Below, one piece after another: positions 62,681 through 64,000 of a DNA stretch of 64,000 nt (positions within the stretch are counted from its first letter, which is position 1; the number at the start of each line of letters is the position of its first letter). A program made the translations under genes and the position numbers. Source of the DNA: Ostrea edulis (taxonomy: Eukaryota); the NCBI RefSeq assembly GCF_947568905.1, contig NC_079164.1:83948001-84012000 (forward strand), read 5' to 3'. The notes beneath the pieces were generated by a model. It was not told where the DNA came from, ran no database searches, and saw only the letters and a list, made by a program, of their open reading frames with translations.

Positions 62681-63802
62681 ATGGAGGAAAACAGACGAAA
62701 TATGTTGTTGAAGTTCCCGTGCTTAGTTCCAAAAAACCTTGACTTTACTGAGTATGATGGATACATTCAAGTTTTGGATCAGGAATATAGAATGAACATC
62801 AAATTACCAAAAGATGGAAGACTACGAGATGCGAAATTAACATGTGATTGGAAATTAGAACAGATTTTGAAAAAGTATGAAAAAATTGTAACACAGAGAT
62901 TAGCTCAATGTGGAAATCTTCCAGCTTTCTTGGAGGAGCTGAGAAGTATTGCAGAGAGGCAACTTAGTTCCCAAGATCAATGTAAATCAACAGCATTTAG
63001 TAGCAATTGTGCACAACTGATATCAGAACTAGAAAATATTGGATGGGAAAAAGTGGTTTCTGTTGATGCAGATTTTCAATCATTCCAAATCAAGTACACA
63101 GATGCAAAGCAGAGACAGCATATAATGAAAATCAAGCTCCATCCTCAAAATTCAAGGCATGCTCCTACGATTGCAGTAGATCTTCCTGCCGAGTTTGATG
63201 TTGTTTGGACACCCTCTTCTACACTTCTAGATGTATTCAATCAGTTTGTTCATAATGTTGATCTTTATCAAGAATTATGGAATAATTTGGATGAATTGGA
63301 CCAGAAAACATGGATTCTAGAACCAGATAATCCCACGTTTGCTGCCACTAATAGAAGAATTGCCTTAAGTGCGAGCGCATCTGTACAAGTAACTGTAGAT
63401 CCCAAACATCCGCATAGCTTACCAGAAATCAAATTCCTGGGGTCAGATAAGGCAACCAATCCTTTGCGGGAAAACATGACAACTAATCTGGCTTTGTGGA
63501 ATGAAAATGATAGCCTCCTTAAAAATGTATCCACTGTATTAGATGTTACATTTCCTTCTCCTTCAGACTCCAGGAAGGAGGATTTTAGTGCAGATTGTGG
63601 AATATGTTACTCCTACAGGCTAGGAATGGAAATTCCTGAGGAGGTGTGTAATGATTCTCGTTGTGGCCAGCCCTTCCATCAGACCTGTTTGATTGAGTGG
63701 TTACGAGGACTTCCTGCATGTAGACAGAGCTTTAACACTATATTTGGGGAGTGTCCATATTGTGGAACTCCCATTACTGTAAAAATGTTGATTAAGAAAT
63801 GA
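62681..63802 (+). CDS. FANCL: E3 ubiquitin-protein ligase FANCL, single uninterrupted ORF of about 373 aa
   Basis: ELF/DRWD-like regions (ELENIGWEKV, LDELDQKTWILEP..PTFAATNRRIAL) and C-terminal RING-variant CGICYSY..C..CGQPFHQTCLIEWL..GECPYC. Likely start is Met 62681 (MEENRRNML) inside ORF 62570-63802. Confidence 0.93.
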   Translation: MEENRRNMLLKFPCLVPKNLDFTEYDGYIQVLDQEYRMNIKLPKDGRLRDAKLTCDWKLEQILKKYEKIVTQRLAQCGNLPAFLEELRSIAERQLSSQDQCKSTAFSSNCAQLISELENIGWEKVVSVDADFQSFQIKYTDAKQRQHIMKIKLHPQNSRHAPTIAVDLPAEFDVVWTPSSTLLDVFNQFVHNVDLYQELWNNLDELDQKTWILEPDNPTFAATNRRIALSASASVQVTVDPKHPHSLPEIKFLGSDKATNPLRENMTTNLALWNENDSLLKNVSTVLDVTFPSPSDSRKEDFSADCGICYSYRLGMEIPEEVCNDSRCGQPFHQTCLIEWLRGLPACRQSFNTIFGECPYCGTPITVKMLIKK

Positions 63803-63856
63803 GATGTTTGGAAAATGAATTAAAGGTTTGAAGATTTAACATTTAAAGAGAGAGAA

Positions 63857-64000
63857 TTGATTGGATATTGTTTAACGTCCCTCTTGAGAATATTTCACTC
63901 ATATATGGAGACGTCACCATTGCCAGTGAAGGGCTGCAAAATTTCGGCCTAATCTCGGCGCTTATAGCCATTGAGCAGGGAGGGATCTTTATCGTGCCAC
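63857..64000 (-). mobile_element. Molluscan SINE-like repeat, cut by the window end
   Basis: Matches 49656-49790. Confidence 0.85.

Noticed and set aside
63268-63534. 88-aa minus-strand ORF
   Set aside because: Antisense to FANCL; no independent support.

Overview
This is AT-rich, intron-rich animal genomic DNA. The repeat families (pearl/HINE-like satellite carriers, tRNA-derived SINEs) suggest a bivalve, probably an oyster; that is inference. By hand-splicing GT/GC-AG exons I could build these genes: PSMB6 (minus, runs off the left edge), a 163-aa PDZ-only ALP/Enigma-like protein (plus), PUSL1 (minus) head-to-head with Spindly/SPDL1 (plus), and RPUSD4 (minus) head-to-head with an intronless FANCL (plus). 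Between them lie many MITEs, LINE relics, a decayed Tc1/mariner, SINEs and minisatellites. The most novel signal is at 46.0-48.0 kb: three tandem, TATA-preceded micro-genes, not called as such in the ORF track, encoding 37-53-aa signal-peptide precursors of acidic Tyr/Trp-rich peptides. Two of them are clearly paralogous. An unknown multi-exon gene is also nested antisense in a RPUSD4 intron. All exon coordinates were derived by eye; no database searches were run.
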